A stretch of 64,000 bases of DNA. Origin: Strigamia acuminata (lineage: Eukaryota). The position numbers and the translations under genes are program-made. The DNA lies in assembly GCA_949358305.1 (NCBI GenBank), contig OX442314.1:26102001-26166000 (forward strand). The letters are read 5' to 3'. Positions 29,301 through 43,192 of the stretch are shown piece after piece. Under the pieces are notes generated by a model. The model was not told the origin of the DNA. It saw only the letters and a list, made by a program, of their open reading frames with translations, and searched no databases. Every line of letters begins with the position of its first letter. Within the stretch, counting starts at the first letter, position 1.

Positions 29301-30734
29301 TTCACTTATCTGGATAAGTGAGTACATGTAAACATGGTAAGTGTTGCAGTCGCACGATTTTCTATTTACTACCAAAAATTTAGACTGCATAATGCTAGGT
29401 TCACACTTGTGTTCACACAAGACGCAATGCAAGGAAAAATTAGTTGAACGCAATGCAGAGTCTGTTCACACTGTAGGACACGTGTGAACAGAGCTGATTG
29501 ATGTTGCGTCTGGGAAATCAGATGGTTTCAATGAAACCTGGAATTGGATCTAGTTCTAGAACTAGTTTCAGAATCAAAAAATGGCAGCCTGTTAGCATGT
29601 GGCAAAGTCTCGCCAATCACAAAATCATTTAAACTCATTTAAATTTTTTAAACAAGTGTTTTAAAAAATATACCGTAAACAAGTTTAAATACCTTTATGA
29701 ATGCACTTGCTACTTATTTTCATCATTACCAAGTGGGTACCTTTCTCCGATCGCAGTGTACATAAAACACACATTTAACTGTCTTTCCTTTCGTATAGAT
29801 TAGTCTGTACTTAAACCTGAATTGCACCACGTGCATGAGCATCACAAGTGATTTCAAATATGCGTTCAGCAAATATACTTTACTGTCTGTTCGTTCTTGA
29901 AAAAAAAATCCACCAAAATTATCCCCCGTATAAAAAAAAAATATAAAAAAGAAAAAAAGACTTCCCAAACTGCATTTTCTGCTTTACCAGCAAAAATTGA
30001 TTCCTTCTGCGCCTCGCGTCAAAACTTTTGTCATCATTAATTTCCCTCAATTTTACCTCCCGTTCCTTTCCTCCTATTTCTTTTTCCCTTCATTTCTTTC
30101 TGACCATTTTGGCACTCGATTCATCCCGTTAAACATCTTCCTCGAGGATATTACAAACTAAAGCAAAAAAAAAATTCTATTGACACAAATTGACGTCAGC
30201 AACATGTTTGAAAACAATTTAGCAAACAAGATCTTTAAGCGTGCGTTCAGAGTTTAAAAAAATATGGAAAAAGAAAAAGAAAGGAGGGACGGAAGGGAAG
30301 GGAAAAAAAGAATGAATAACGTGACAGGTTTCTTATCAAATCTTCCGAACCCACAAGCCCACTTTTACGCATGGCTACTTGTAGATTGAAGGGAAAGAAA
30401 GAAAAATGACGTATACCAACCAGCAACAAAAATAAAATGAACTTCAAACTGACAAAAAGTGTTTTATGCAATTGATCGCCGATACCGGTCCCATCATCAA
30501 TCACCTGCACATGCGATAACCAGAATCGATTACGGAATTTAGCGTATTTTCCCCTAGCAAATCGAATTTACTCTGACCGCGCCTCAAACTTTAAAAGCCA
30601 AACGACGTCTGTCAAACGACGAGTTTAGCGAGGACCCTAGCTGCATTCAAAAAGTCTAAAACGACTCGTTTCTGTGTCTGTCGTTACGTGCGACGTCATT
30701 CCCATTTAGACTTTTTGAATGCAGCTACTATTAA

Positions 30735-31122
30735 CCCTCGCATCCCCAACCTAAAAAAAATCCCTTACTCACCCAACCCGGATCATTTTTGACCCCAATC
30801 CGAAAAAAATTTTCCAAAAATGAGTGAAAATGATTTTATTCTCTGAGTATTTCATGTTTATGAAGAAATTTCAGCAATTCGGTATTTGTCGAAAGAGAGC
30901 GACAAAAATAATTGACATTGCATTCAAAAGTAGTGAGTAAACAAAGAAATTTTGTAAAAAAATTTTTTTGCGATTTTTAAATCTATTATTTTTTTTATTG
31001 TTTGTTATGATGTTAAATGAAAATACGTAAAATTTCAGAATAAAAATCCCAATAGTTTTTGAGAAAAAAAAATAAAAAGACTTTTGGAGGTCAAAATTGA
31101 CCCTAGGTTGGGGTGGGGAGGG
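30735..31122. mobile_element. piggyBac-like MITE; related copy 39742-40051
   Basis: TTAA-CCCTC..CCCCAACCTA ... TAGGTTGGGG..GAGGG-TTAA. Confidence 0.8.
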
Positions 31123-33584
31123 TTAAAAAAAAAGGCCGAAAAACCGAACGGCTAAAGCACATTGAACACGACGAGAATTAATTCGAAACAGATGCAACTT
31201 GGCTAAATTTAGTTCCAGCACACGCAACCCCTTGGCGTGTCAATACAATTTGTACGTGATGAAGAGTCAACGGCATTTTTATGTTCACTTTATGAGCAGT
31301 GACTTTACTTCAAGAACTTTAAACAAGAAGCAATGACTAATTCTCACAGCACACGCAAACTAACAAAACAATCACACTATTAAAAATTGCTCGATAGATT
31401 TTTGTTGGAATTCTTCGATAGACTTCATCACGATTTCGATTCACTTTCTCGACAACAAAAAGTGTCTTATTTTTTGTCTGCCAAGAATGTTTTCATTAAT
31501 CAAGAACAAAAGTTAGAGGTTCAAAGAAGATCGGACCCAGCACCTTATGCCAAAATCAAACTGACGAATTCCTGCCTGCACATACAGTAGTGTGTCCGAA
31601 CATCGGTCATTCGAACGACCGGTTAACCAAACAGCAATGATCAATGAATAATCGACTTTTTATTCGATTTTTTTATTTCGTTTTTAATTTTTTGGATGGG
31701 CATAAAGCTAATGATTATGTACAATATAATGTCCAATTATGCAAACAAATCGGTTTTATGAACACCCATGACCCCTGATCAGTTCGAATAATCAACGTTC
31801 TACTGAATTTGATTTTTCGAAATACAATTAGGGAAAAATGGCACTATTCACTTGTGTGTAATAAAAAATTTTAGACTTTCGTGTTTTCCTGTGCAAAAAA
31901 ATGGTATTTAATGCATGAATTTAGCATTAAGATCTCGAGCCCAGTAGGTGCATTTCCAAACATTCATTCCGTTGTCCCAGTTTTACATGTATTTTCGCTT
32001 CTGCAGTAACTGATGTGACACTTACGAATGCAATTATGAATGCACTCATCAAGTTTTCGGTCAGTTGGATACTAACATTTAAATCAGTTAAATCAATTAA
32101 CTCGATGCCAAATTCAAACTGTGCGTCACATTCTGCTTAATTGTCAAGCTTGTTGCACAACGAAAATAAAGCAATAATATTTCGGCACCATGCTGTAATG
32201 AGCATACCATATATCTTCCAATAGCGCCCCGTGCGCTATTTGCCAAATTATTTTTTTTACTCCGCGCGCAATTGGAGACTCGCGCGGTATTAGAGGCCGT
32301 GGGTTATTATTTATATATTGCGCACAAAATTATACAAGTAAATCGTTAAGAAAAAAGTGAATTGAAAATTTTCAATTCTGAATTCGCTGAATGCATTGTG
32401 AACAGAAACTTCGCTCAAAAATTAAATTTCGCAACATTGTAAACTAGCCTTTAGGCTTAATACCGCTAAACAACGACAAAAATTAGGAAATCATCTGTGC
32501 AGAATGTGATGTGCAGAATAAATTTGGCATCAAGATCCCCGGCGCAAACTAGATTGGCGAATCGAGTTGTTTGGCACACAGATCTAGATCGGATAATCGA
32601 GATCAGTGTTGACCCCAAGCATGGCTCTAACAAGTGCAAACAGTTAATAACAATTGTATTCAACTGCAGCAGTGACAAATAACAACACTTATGTAACAAA
32701 TATATGCAGACTCATCATTCTATCTATAAAAATCTGCAGACAAAAATAAATCATCACAAACCAAATTGGATTGCAGAAAATAAATGCAGATACAATGCAG
32801 CAAAACATGTCATTATAAAAAGATTTCCAACTCCAACCGTCAATTTACACGTGAAACCAACCCCAGAAAGCATGCCATTGCAATCTGTCCAATCACCTCT
32901 CGTATTGATTTTTCATGCAGAGGGAAAGAGCATTTATCTAATGCACACGCCATCCATGTCATTCAATAATCTGTTATTTATTTATCTTTTTACCTGCATT
33001 CATATTCATATCGGAAGTAAGGTAAGAACAGAAACACCAGCACACAAAATCGATTTTTCCCACCTCTGTGTCATCATATCCGGGGCTGCCTTTGCTCTAC
33101 TCAACTGTCTTCATTCTTCAACATCACGTCAATTTGCACTGCAAGTTACTGGAGCAATTCAAAATTGCACGTTTGCCTTTATTAATCCGGCCGTGTTGTT
33201 ATTTTCCAATTTCATACCTGCGTTCAAGATGTAAACACCCGAGAAATGCAGTCTCATTCCGAAATTAATTAACAACGTCCTCGAGTTTTTAATGCGGAAT
33301 AAATTGATAATCATCAATTTGTTGCCATGTAGGCTTGCCGTCAGTGTTTTTGAGAATAACAACTTCTCGGTCCTTGCAAAGTATAATGCAGTTGCTTATA
33401 TCTGTCGTATCACAAAACGATTTAATTCGTATAATACGATTGTAAATCCTCCAAAAGCACTAGTTTACATTTGTCACACTGAGGCGCACGGGTCGTGTCG
33501 CCCATAGAGGGCTAACTCGAGGGGCCAACAATCTAGCAAATCCTCGTGCACTCTTTGTGATTTGCAAATCGGCAAATTTAATGC

Positions 33585-34150
33585 AAATCAGCTGCAAATA
33601 CAACTAATCAACTGCAAATCCATTCAATCAGTTGCAAATTCAATAAATCAGTTGCAAATTCAGTAAATCACCAGCAAATTCAGTAAATCACCAGCAAATT
33701 CAGTAAATCACCAGCAAATTCAGTAAATCACCAGCAAATTCAGTAAATCACCAGTTATTTCAGTAAATCACCAGTTATTTCAGTAAATCACCAGTTATTT
33801 CAGTAAATCACCAGTTATTTCAGTAAATCACCAGTTATTTCAGTAAATCACCAGTTATTTCAGTAAATCACCAGTTATTTCAGTAAATCACCAGTTATTT
33901 CAGTAAATCACCAGTTATTTTAGTAAATCACCAGTTATTTCAGTAAATCACCAGTTATTTCAGTAAATCACCAGTTATTTCAGTAAATCACCAGTTATTT
34001 CAGTAAATCACCAGTATATTCAGTAAATGACTAGCAAATTCAGTAAATCACCAGCAACTTCTGTAAATCATTAGCAAATTCAGTAAAATCACCAGCAAAT
34101 TCAATAAATTAGCTGCACATTCATTAAATTAGCTGCAAATTCAATAAATT
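33585..34150. repeat. 20-bp minisatellite (CAGTAAATCACCAGTTATTT / ...GCAAATT), over 20 units
   Basis: Direct reading: homogeneous core 33661-34020 with degenerate flanks. Confidence 0.97.
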
Positions 34151-36716
34151 TTGATGCACATCTTGTTGCAAATCTGCAATTCATACTTAACAAATCAGCC
34201 TACTATTACTGGGGTTGCTGATTTGTGATTTGCTATTTGCAAGCCAAGTTAATGATTTAATGCCCCTTGATCTGCTTAACATGATGATAAAAATGCATTA
34301 ACATCTAAAAGATGACATTAGATCACCAAACTGAAATGCAGTCTCAAATCATTATGCTGGTCGAAAACTTGGTTTTACTTTGTAAACAATCATCAAGAAA
34401 TTTTTGTTTTAGTTCTACAAAATGAAAAATCGATGTTGTTTAATCTGCTCCTGACAGTTCAATCACCAACATTGCTTTTGTTTGTTTTCCATTCTGTATT
34501 TCAACTATTTTGAAGAACACCTTAAATTTTTCATACAAAGTTTCTTCGCTTGTTTTTATTTAGGTCAGCCACTTCTTGGGTGATTTATTGTGTTTCCTGT
34601 CTTCGGAAATTTTTTTACATGTATAATTCACAGTCGATAATGCACATCCTACAGCTTCGTGCAACTTCTCTCTGTTTTTCCCACTTTTATTTAGACTTAC
34701 ACTATTTCTTTTTTAATGTATTTGCTCCTTAATCGGTGCCATTTTACAAAATGTGTTCAGAATAACAGTAGGTTTGGTCAAAGTTAAGGTTTATACCGTT
34801 TATGCAGCTTATATAAACGGCCAAAATAGTACGCAAAACGTGAGTACTCTGTAGATTCGTTTTTAGGCCCGTTTACTTGTGCCATTTTTGCATCGCATGG
34901 TGCATACAAATTAATTTTCTTTTTCTCATTTAACCAACGAATTGTGATTGTGACCCTCTTATTTGAACACAATTTAGTATTAACTCCCATTTTTGGAGGT
35001 GAATGCTTCGGATGAACGTATTTATGACACTTGAATGTCTGATCCGTCGATTTAACTTTCGAGGCGGACATTCTGAATTTGATTGTAAAAACCAAATCCT
35101 GGCATAAATCGATTCATAAACCAATCCAGTCGTGGTTTTGGTTTTTGCGATTTTTGGTGATAGTTTTTAGCTGTTTTTGACGAGACTCTATAATATGCAC
35201 GACATTCATATGCGTGACGTCATAGTATTCCCATATGGGTATGTGACATATACAGGTGCACCCCCAGTAAGAGTAGACTAGTCAAATTGATTTTACTACT
35301 AAAAATTTCATTTTAGAAAACCTTTTTCCAACTTTCTCATATTCAAATATTTACTGTTGGACAAATGACTTCAGTTATTTCATTGAATATTTGGCCGTAG
35401 ATTATCAATACCCAAAATAGATAAAATGTGTATTTTGAATTTTATGTATTATATGTTTAGAGCGAAAGTCCCTAATGCAATATTACACAAACCGTGGAAC
35501 ATATTCTAAAACTTTTTGCCAAGGGGTGTACTATAGAAAAATTTAGGCCAGCTGCAATGTAAATAATAAATAGGTGGATAATCCACCATGTGCATGACTG
35601 TATTTTATTCATACAAGCCACACATTTCTGACTAACCCCATCAGATCATTATATTAAAATTTTAATATTTTACAAGTGTATAAACTCTTATTTAAATCAA
35701 TTCTGTTTAAGAACCTGATAATGACTCTAATACCAATTTTTTAAAAAAAAGAATCCCACGATATGGGCATAAACTGCACATTCTCCACTACTTCTCTTTT
35801 GGTGCTTCATTAATACTGCAATTTTGAAATTTGAAATTCAACTGGCACAATACCATTCATATTCTGCATACAAATGGCACAATTTCTTTTTGCTCGACTA
35901 AACATCGTCGAAAAGCGAAATAACCTATCCTTCCAACTAAAAATTAAATATCTTTTCTTCTCCAATTCTCTCCACATGTTACATAAGCCTTGCAAGTTGT
36001 TTCACAACAGGTAATTGCCCATATTGCATATCTTCTGCAAATTGCCAAACCATCAGCTTAAAGGAATGACAACTTGATCAAAAGCCAAAACACAGTTCAA
36101 TTCGAATTCCATTTCACCATCAAATGAGATAATCCAAAGTCAAGTGCTTTTTAAACAACTTTCTTCGCTTCTCTTTAAAATCAAACTGCATATTCCATCC
36201 TGCTAACATGTAAACACAACAGCTAAAAATGGCTCGTTACACACAAGATATTAGGTTTACTGCCGGTTGTTTGTTGTGAGGAGAAAAAAAATCATTATTT
36301 GTTGTTTTTATGTGCGTCAGAAAGGAATGTGCACTTTCAGTTTGGCATCAAGATACCAGGCGCAAAGTACAGACATAAGCATCATCCAAGTAATCCTGCA
36401 TAAGCAGTTGAAAAATTACTACTTAAAAGACCGGTCCCTCTTAAGTAGACATTTCACTGCTGTCTGAACACATGAAAAGGTCTAAGGGCCCTTTTCATAA
36501 TGGTCAACAAGGTCGAAAAGCTTTCTTTCTTAATATCCATGTTTGTACATGCGTTAAAATATAGTCGCTTGAGCCACTTTCTTGAAACAACGAGCCGATT
36601 CCCACTAGCCAGAAAGAATAGCTCAAAAGTAAGCAAACAAGCAAGAACACCGATGATACTTCACACTAACAATCTTTAAAAGAATTTAAATTATAATTAA
36701 AATACAACTAGTCTTT

Positions 36717-36755
36717 CCAAAGGCCTTTCGGCTATTCCCCAGCCATCTTTAGTGG
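36717..36755 (-). ncRNA. Minimal hammerhead ribozyme motif, third copy (core mutated CUGA>CUAA)
   Basis: CCA-CUAAAGA-U-GGCU..AGCC-GAAA-GGCC-UU-UGG. Confidence 0.55.
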
Positions 36756-38914
36756 TTTGTAATAGTAAGACTAGCGTATTTTAATTGTCATTTAAATTCT
36801 TTTTAATAAAACACCAAAGTGATACGTATATGAAATAGAAGTTTTAAATACACTGACAATCTTACTTCAAATTTACTTGCTACCGTCTTCCCCTGAAAAT
36901 AACACCATGGTGTTGTATTCGAGTTTCTTGTGAAACATTGTTGAAAAAATTGAATGTAACACCACTTCAGCTGTAACACCATGGTGTTATATTCGAATAC
37001 AACACCAAGGTCTTATTTTCGGAGGAAGGTGGCAGTACAGCCAATGATAATGCTTGATCAGCATGAAGGTGGTACGGCTTCAACATAGTGACACTATCCC
37101 AAAGTTAGCTATTCCAACCTTGTTGCTGCATGGCAAAAAGTTCAATGCAGCAAAACTCCAAGACCGAGAACCAGGCACCCCTCTCCACCTGGCAAAACCA
37201 TTCTAGTGGTACAAGGACCACAATTGCCTTTCTCTGGACCAGGCAAACTTAAACATGACCAAAACATTACTCTTTTTTCTATTCTACTAGTGATGGAACA
37301 ATGTGCAACAGTGAAATTTTGTTTCCTAATGCAGCCTTTTGTTGAAAAAAATCAGTTTGTGCGCCCACAGATGCCGCCCCTAGAAATATGCCTCCTCACC
37401 CCTCGCCCCGGCCCTGTGACATCCCTCTAGACCGAGTGCTTTCTCCCGCACCCGCCTAATGCCCATTCTAAAGCGGTTATAGTCATTTTAGCAACGCTCA
37501 TTTTAGCAATTTTTACCAAAAAAGTCCCATTTTAGCGAACATGTCATTTTAGGTTTTTGTGTCGCGACACGATTTACCGTGACAAACCGGCTCAAAAAAG
37601 TGGTTTTCATCAAAAAACCAGTAAGGTTAAGTTCGCGGGTTGTTAGCCCTTCTTGGGAATTAAACCTAGGTTTTTGTGTCGCTAAAATGACATGTTCGCT
37701 AAAATGGTGTTTCGCTAAAATAAAATCGCTAAAATGAAATCGCTAAAATGAAGTACATCCTTCTAAAGTTCACTGTACTGTTCTTTAAGGTTTGAAATTC
37801 CTCAAGAAAGGAGTGACCAGCCTGTGAGAAAGGCTTACTTTCTGAACTTTCCTCCTACTGGGAATTAGACTAATGAAGCGAGAAGTATGACAATCGGAAA
37901 TTCTAGTGAGAAGATTCGACACAATGTTAGATGAACCAAGCTGTAACTAATGGAAAATTCAGAACTTTCCCCTTTTTTGTTTCCTTAATTATAGTGTAAA
38001 TCCCGTCATAATTATAAGGAAAAACTTGATGCAGCAACAAAACATTCAATGACAACTTCCATTCACTCACTTTGGCATCCACAAAGCAAATAATAAAACT
38101 TTGAATAACCGTCTGTCAGTCAAGCAGTGCCAGAGTCGATGTAATGAATAACCGCGGCCGAATCTATTTAATTATTTACTCCCGCTTTAATCTTCCAATA
38201 GTAATTTAAATACAAAATCCTGCGAAATTTTGCACCTGTCTATTATTGCCTCACTTCCCATTCACTTCAACAGTAATTTACCTTAACACAACAGCATTTT
38301 CCCTTTAATTCTATTATTCACGTGCTTAGGTTTGTTCAAAGAACAAGTTTCTACTTAAGATGGTCGAAAAGAAGCAACAGAAATAAAAAAAAAATAAAAA
38401 AAAAATAAAAAAAATTTAAAAATAAAATAAAATAAAGGAACGTTTAGTGAAGCGTTGTTTCTGCGAAGATTCTCTTTTCACACGGTCGAATGAAGGCGAG
38501 TTTGAGGAGGAGGCGACCGGTGAAGATTCGCAATGACCACCGAGCCCAATATCCCATTTCGGAGTCTGAGACCTCCAAACCACTCGGGCCATGACCGCTC
38601 AAATTACCCATAACTCCACTTTCACCACTACCGACGCCATAAATCGACACTAGAACCAATTGACAACCATCTAATTCAATATTTCAAGTGTATACTTGGT
38701 TGGCCCTATCAAATTAATAGATAAGAGCAAAATTTATTTTGCTTTCAAAACCGTTAATAAATTGTGTTTATGGATTTCACACTAGGAAATTGTTTTAGTG
38801 GCTGCAATCAAAAGTTGTCTTTAAACATTTTTCCCCCGTTGTAAATCTACCGTAAATGCTCTAGGTTGAGCGGGGGATGCCGATTGAACCTGTATAACAC
38901 GACTGAAAAGTGCC

Positions 38915-39135
38915 CAAAATGCACTTTTTAGGGTACAAAATGCACTTTTTAGTGTACAAAATGCACTTTTTGTGTGCAAAAATGCAGTTTTATGTGCAAA
39001 AATGCAGTTTTATGTGCAAAAATGCAGTTGTATGTGCAAAAATGCACTTTTATGTGCAAAAATGCAGTTTTATGTGCAAAAATGCACTTCTATGTGCAAA
39101 AATGCACTTTTATGTGCAAAAATATACTTTTTGTG
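38915..39135. repeat. 21/20-bp minisatellite (AAAAATGCA[CG]TTTTATGTGC)
   Basis: About 10 tandem units. Confidence 0.92.
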
Positions 39136-40085
39136 ATTGAAAACCTATATTAATTATAGCTTAAACATTTCGGTTAAGTTAGGGGAATCTAGGTTCTGTC
39201 AATAGAGCGCGGGTGTTCCACGAGAGCATTCACGGTATAAATCTTCTTAAATTTTTCAAAAAATCTTCTCGAGTGCAATTCAAATTAGAGAGCACAAAGT
39301 GGCTGCTTTGATGACAGGTCCAAAACACAAATTCGTCTAAAACACTTCTGGTTGTTTGCTAAAATGCTACATTTTCAAGTGTTTGTGTTTTGGCATGTTT
39401 TAAGATCGTAAACCCAAACAAAAATAAAAATAAGTAAAAACATTTCTGAATGCAGCTAGTGTTTTATACAGTTTCTAGTTTCAACTTTTATGTTATGTTG
39501 AAAGAAATTAAATCCTGTTTTTTTTTTTTTTTTTTTTTTTTTTACTAGAAATTAATGAAACGCGCAATGTCTTGTAGCGTTTTAATGTCAGAAATATTAA
39601 GTAGCTGCGAAAGTCATTAATTCACAGAGTTCAACATTACTCATTAATTATTAGGATAATAAATTAGAAACTTTTCTAAAATTTTCATAAAAATTTATTT
39701 ATTTCCATTTTTTAAACTTCGATGGAAGTGGATAATATTAACCCTCACCTAGCACCGACTTAAAAATAAAATTTCTTTCTCACCCAAAGAAAATTTACTG
39801 TTTGATTCCTCCAATTTTATGTTGAAATTGAACTACCTTTTTTATTACTGGCAAGACAATGAGAAAAATATTGAACATTGAATTCCAAGGCGATGAGCAA
39901 TAAATAGTACAATACCAGCAACAAAACGATTTAAATGTTCGATTCTTTTTTATTGCTTGTTAAGAAAAAATACATGAATTTTCAGATCGAAAAACAACAG
40001 ATAAAAACAATTTTCTAGGTCAAAATTGATCCTTGGTCGATTATGCAAGGGTTAACCCAGCGAAAAAGTTTGACGATGCTAAAGT

Positions 40086-40433
40086 CTATACTCTTGTTCG
40101 ACTCAAGAGTGTACCCTTCTCCGAGCCGTATCACTGGTGTAGTAATCCAAAAATGTAGACCCAAACACCAGAAATGCATTCCAGTGTGCAGCCATTTTGT
40201 AATCGAGTATGAGTTTTTGATTTATATCTTCATAAAACTTCATTTATTCAAAGGAAGTATCATTTATGCATACAAATAATCTAAATTATATTAACCTAAA
40301 TGGTTATAGCAATCACAAATAATAAAAAAAATAAAACTACTTCTCCTAGTGGTAGTAATACAAGCTTGAGGTAGGAATAATGCGGCTCGGCCAATAAGAG
40401 AAGGGTACACTCTTGAGTCGAACAAGAGTATAG
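40086..40433. mobile_element. MITE with ~35-bp TIR; degenerate copies ~7348-7700, 13549-13843, 22226-22500
   Basis: CTATACTCTTGTTCGACTCAAGAGTGTACCCTTCT inverted at both ends. Confidence 0.85.
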
Positions 40434-41375
40434 TTGTATTTCTTGAGGACCCAACCTTCGATTCGCACTGGGTGGCAGATTTTCTTGCCGTAGTAACAGT
40501 ACTTAAACCAGACGAGAATGAAGAACAACCGTGATTCTCTACACGTCATCCATCCAATTCTAAGAATGTTTATGCTTAAATAATACATTTAACAAGCAAT
40601 AAAATAACCATCCTCTGCTACCAATGACTAGGCCCAATGCTGGTTAACTTGTGTGTTTTAACGGAAACAGGTGATCAGCATGGTGCCAGAAATTGGTACA
40701 AAGCTGTCGATAAAAATATTTCGATGCACGCAATAACGTAATAAAATAACATTCTCACTTTATTCACCAAAGAATTTTCATTTTTCTTATCGGCTCTGCT
40801 TGCACGTCAACTTGTAAACTTGACAATTAGTAGACTCTACAACTTTGTAATTGATAATTTTCTTCCAACTCTTACGATTTGTCAATTAGAAATTCGCAGG
40901 CTCTGAATATACACCCTTTCCGGTCGGTCGAAACAATACCAATGAATTGGTCACATGCATTTTCTTATTGCATTCCGCCTCGAAGAAACTACACCGAAAA
41001 AATGTTGTGCGACAACCGGCGAAGCTGTTTGGTCAGGTATTCACGCAGTCACCCCCCAGGTTAGACATGGCTTGTGGTAAAGTTGACCGGACAGGCATGT
41101 CACATACACCTCATGGGCCGCAGTAGCCAGCAAAGTGACCCACAAGGACAAGAGGATTGATAAGATGGTGATCCATACACTTCAAGTAGATTAAATGATA
41201 ATTAGCATACACAGTCATCATATTAGCTTATAAGCTTCCGTAGCAGCACATCTTCAATGTTAATTTGCGATTATTGACCTCAGATATCTCGATAAATACT
41301 AACGTCCCATAAAATTTCCCATACATTTTCCATACCGGAAACCTCACTTTTTTTGCAGTGCAATTAATTATAGAC

Positions 41376-41674
41376 AGTGGCTACGTTCATGTCCGACGTG
41401 AACGTATTATTTTCATGACGCGCTGTGATTGGCCGAGACCCATTGATGTCGATTCGTTTCCTCAACCTAAGTTATCTCAAATTCTATGTTCTCGACGTTT
41501 TAGCTTCTCTTTTTCTTACAAGGGGGGTCTACGACCCCCCCAGACCTAACCTTATCCGTTTTTAGCAAAGTCGACGAAATGAAGATTTTCATCAATGTAT
41601 TTCAATGCATCTCTCAACCAATCACAGCGCGTCATGAACATAATACGTTCACGTCGGACATGAACATAGCCACT
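41376..41674. mobile_element. MITE with ~55-bp TIR
   Basis: AGTGGCTA.GTTCATGTCCGACGTGAACGTATTAT.TTCATGACGCGCTGTGATTGG inverted at both ends. Confidence 0.85.
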
Positions 41675-42335
41675 TCGTTAATTATAATTATTTTTTCTTG
41701 ATTCAGGACACCGAGATCATTATTTGTTCACTTAGTCGACAATCGTTGTTGACGAAGTAGAATTTGTATTCATTTTCTGCATTGGATCCATTTTATTCAA
41801 CATGTTTCTGTTACATACAACCACGGACGTCCCTTTCGGTCATTTCTTCCTATGGATCATCTTCAGGTTGATGCCTCTCATTCACTTTACCACATGGAAT
41901 CCTCAGAAGTAAAAACCAATAACATCAAACTGTTGTGCCTCTTTTATTCGTTGTGTGTATTGGGCCTTACGCTCCCCACTGGTTAACCCCGATCCTTGGA
42001 GACGAAGCTAGATCACATGTATCATTCACGCTACAAAAAATCAATCAGAGTATGCAAAATTGAATTTACATGCAACAATTTATCAGGGCAAGTCCATAGT
42101 ACCTGAACAGCATCCTAAGTGAAAACAGACAAGCTTTTGATGGATTGCGGTCCCAAGTCTTTAACACCGTCATTCAGCTTATCAGGACAAATTGCAGCAA
42201 GCAAGCGGTACTCACTTAAAAGTTCTACGTATACTTAACGCACAAGCCGAGTTTTAAAACTTCTATTTCATATGCGTATCACTTTAGTGTTTTATTAAAA
42301 AAGAATTAAATGACAATAAAAATACGCTAATCTTT

Positions 42336-42373
42336 CCATAGGCCTTTCGGCTGTTCCCAGCCATCTTCAGTGC
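42336..42373 (-). ncRNA. Minimal type I hammerhead ribozyme motif in a Penelope-like relic (intact core)
   Basis: GCA-CUGAAGA-U-GGCUG-GGAA-CAGCC-GAAA-GGCC-UA-UGG: conserved core, 5-bp stem II, palindromic GGCC at stem III, short stem I. Confidence 0.72.
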
Positions 42374-42939
42374 AAAATGGTTGTCCGTCTAAATTAAAGA
42401 CAAAGTAATTTTTTGTTTTGTTTAAATCACTTTAATAAATCAACTTATTAAAGCCACATATTCTAAACCATAAAATGGCAACTTAAAACGTATGGTTTCA
42501 AAGATTTAATAAAAGATATGCAATATTTAGCGTGCTCTTCGTTCATAACTAACTTCTATAAAGCAGTCCATAGAGCCTTTTGTTACCGTGACTATTCAAG
42601 CTTGACTTCGAAAAGGCGTGAGGATATTTTCATCATTTCCGCCTTCTGAAACGCATTTAAGGAGGATAAGTCACTTATCCTCCTACGATTGAAACCACCT
42701 ATTTATTTGACAACCAATTTCCAAAATGGTTGCCGATATAACTCGAAAGCAACTGCACCAGCACAATGAATAAGTCATTTCTACAGGGAAGATAAGGAGG
42801 TCAATTGGTGCATTATCTTTAAGTGAATTCTGAAGCAGACTTATATAAGTCTTGACAAAATTTTCTTCACATCCCCTTGGGTCAGAGATTTAATGAGAAT
42901 AAGCCACTTATCCTCACAGACTTGAATGCACCTAATATA

Positions 42940-43192
42940 CCGTATTTTACCGATTAAGAGCCGCCGCTCTTATTCAAAACTGCCATTTTTGTCAGCAATT
43001 ACAATTTTGGTTTTTCGTCCGTTACATTTGTTCAATATGACAAACAAAATCTGAACGTCACAAACGAAGCGTACGTTCATCGTTCGTGAGGTTAAATACG
43101 GAAACAATACCATACTTTTGCAAAAATACGGTATTCTTGGTGTCTCAGCCGCGGCTACTATTCGAGGGCGACTCTTAATCAGTAAAATGTGG
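42940..43192. mobile_element. Tc1/mariner-type MITE family (TA-CCGTATTTT..); copies 27091-27343, 16540-16757, 4382-4480, related 47379-47693
   Basis: TIR CCGTATTTTACCGATTAAGAG with TA flanks and near-identical interiors. Confidence 0.85.

Noticed and set aside
32704..33234. 176-aa plus-strand ORF
   Set aside because: No recognisable motif or coding bias; lies in AT-rich intron-like DNA.
33661..34020. Regular repeat array resembling CRISPR
   Set aside because: Contiguous tandem units without unique spacers, eukaryotic context, no cas genes.
38500..38536. Plus-strand EGEFEEEATGEDSQ* resembling a beta-tubulin tail
   Set aside because: No upstream tubulin sequence; short low-complexity match.
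38910..39140. Repeat-peptide ORFs (KMHF.., also 51056-51348 and 63019-63297 TKIN)
   Set aside because: They are translations of minisatellites.
41815..41870. Fourth hammerhead-like string CUGAAGA...CCGAAA on the minus strand
   Set aside because: Stem II pairs poorly and the cleavage position would be G; at best degenerate.
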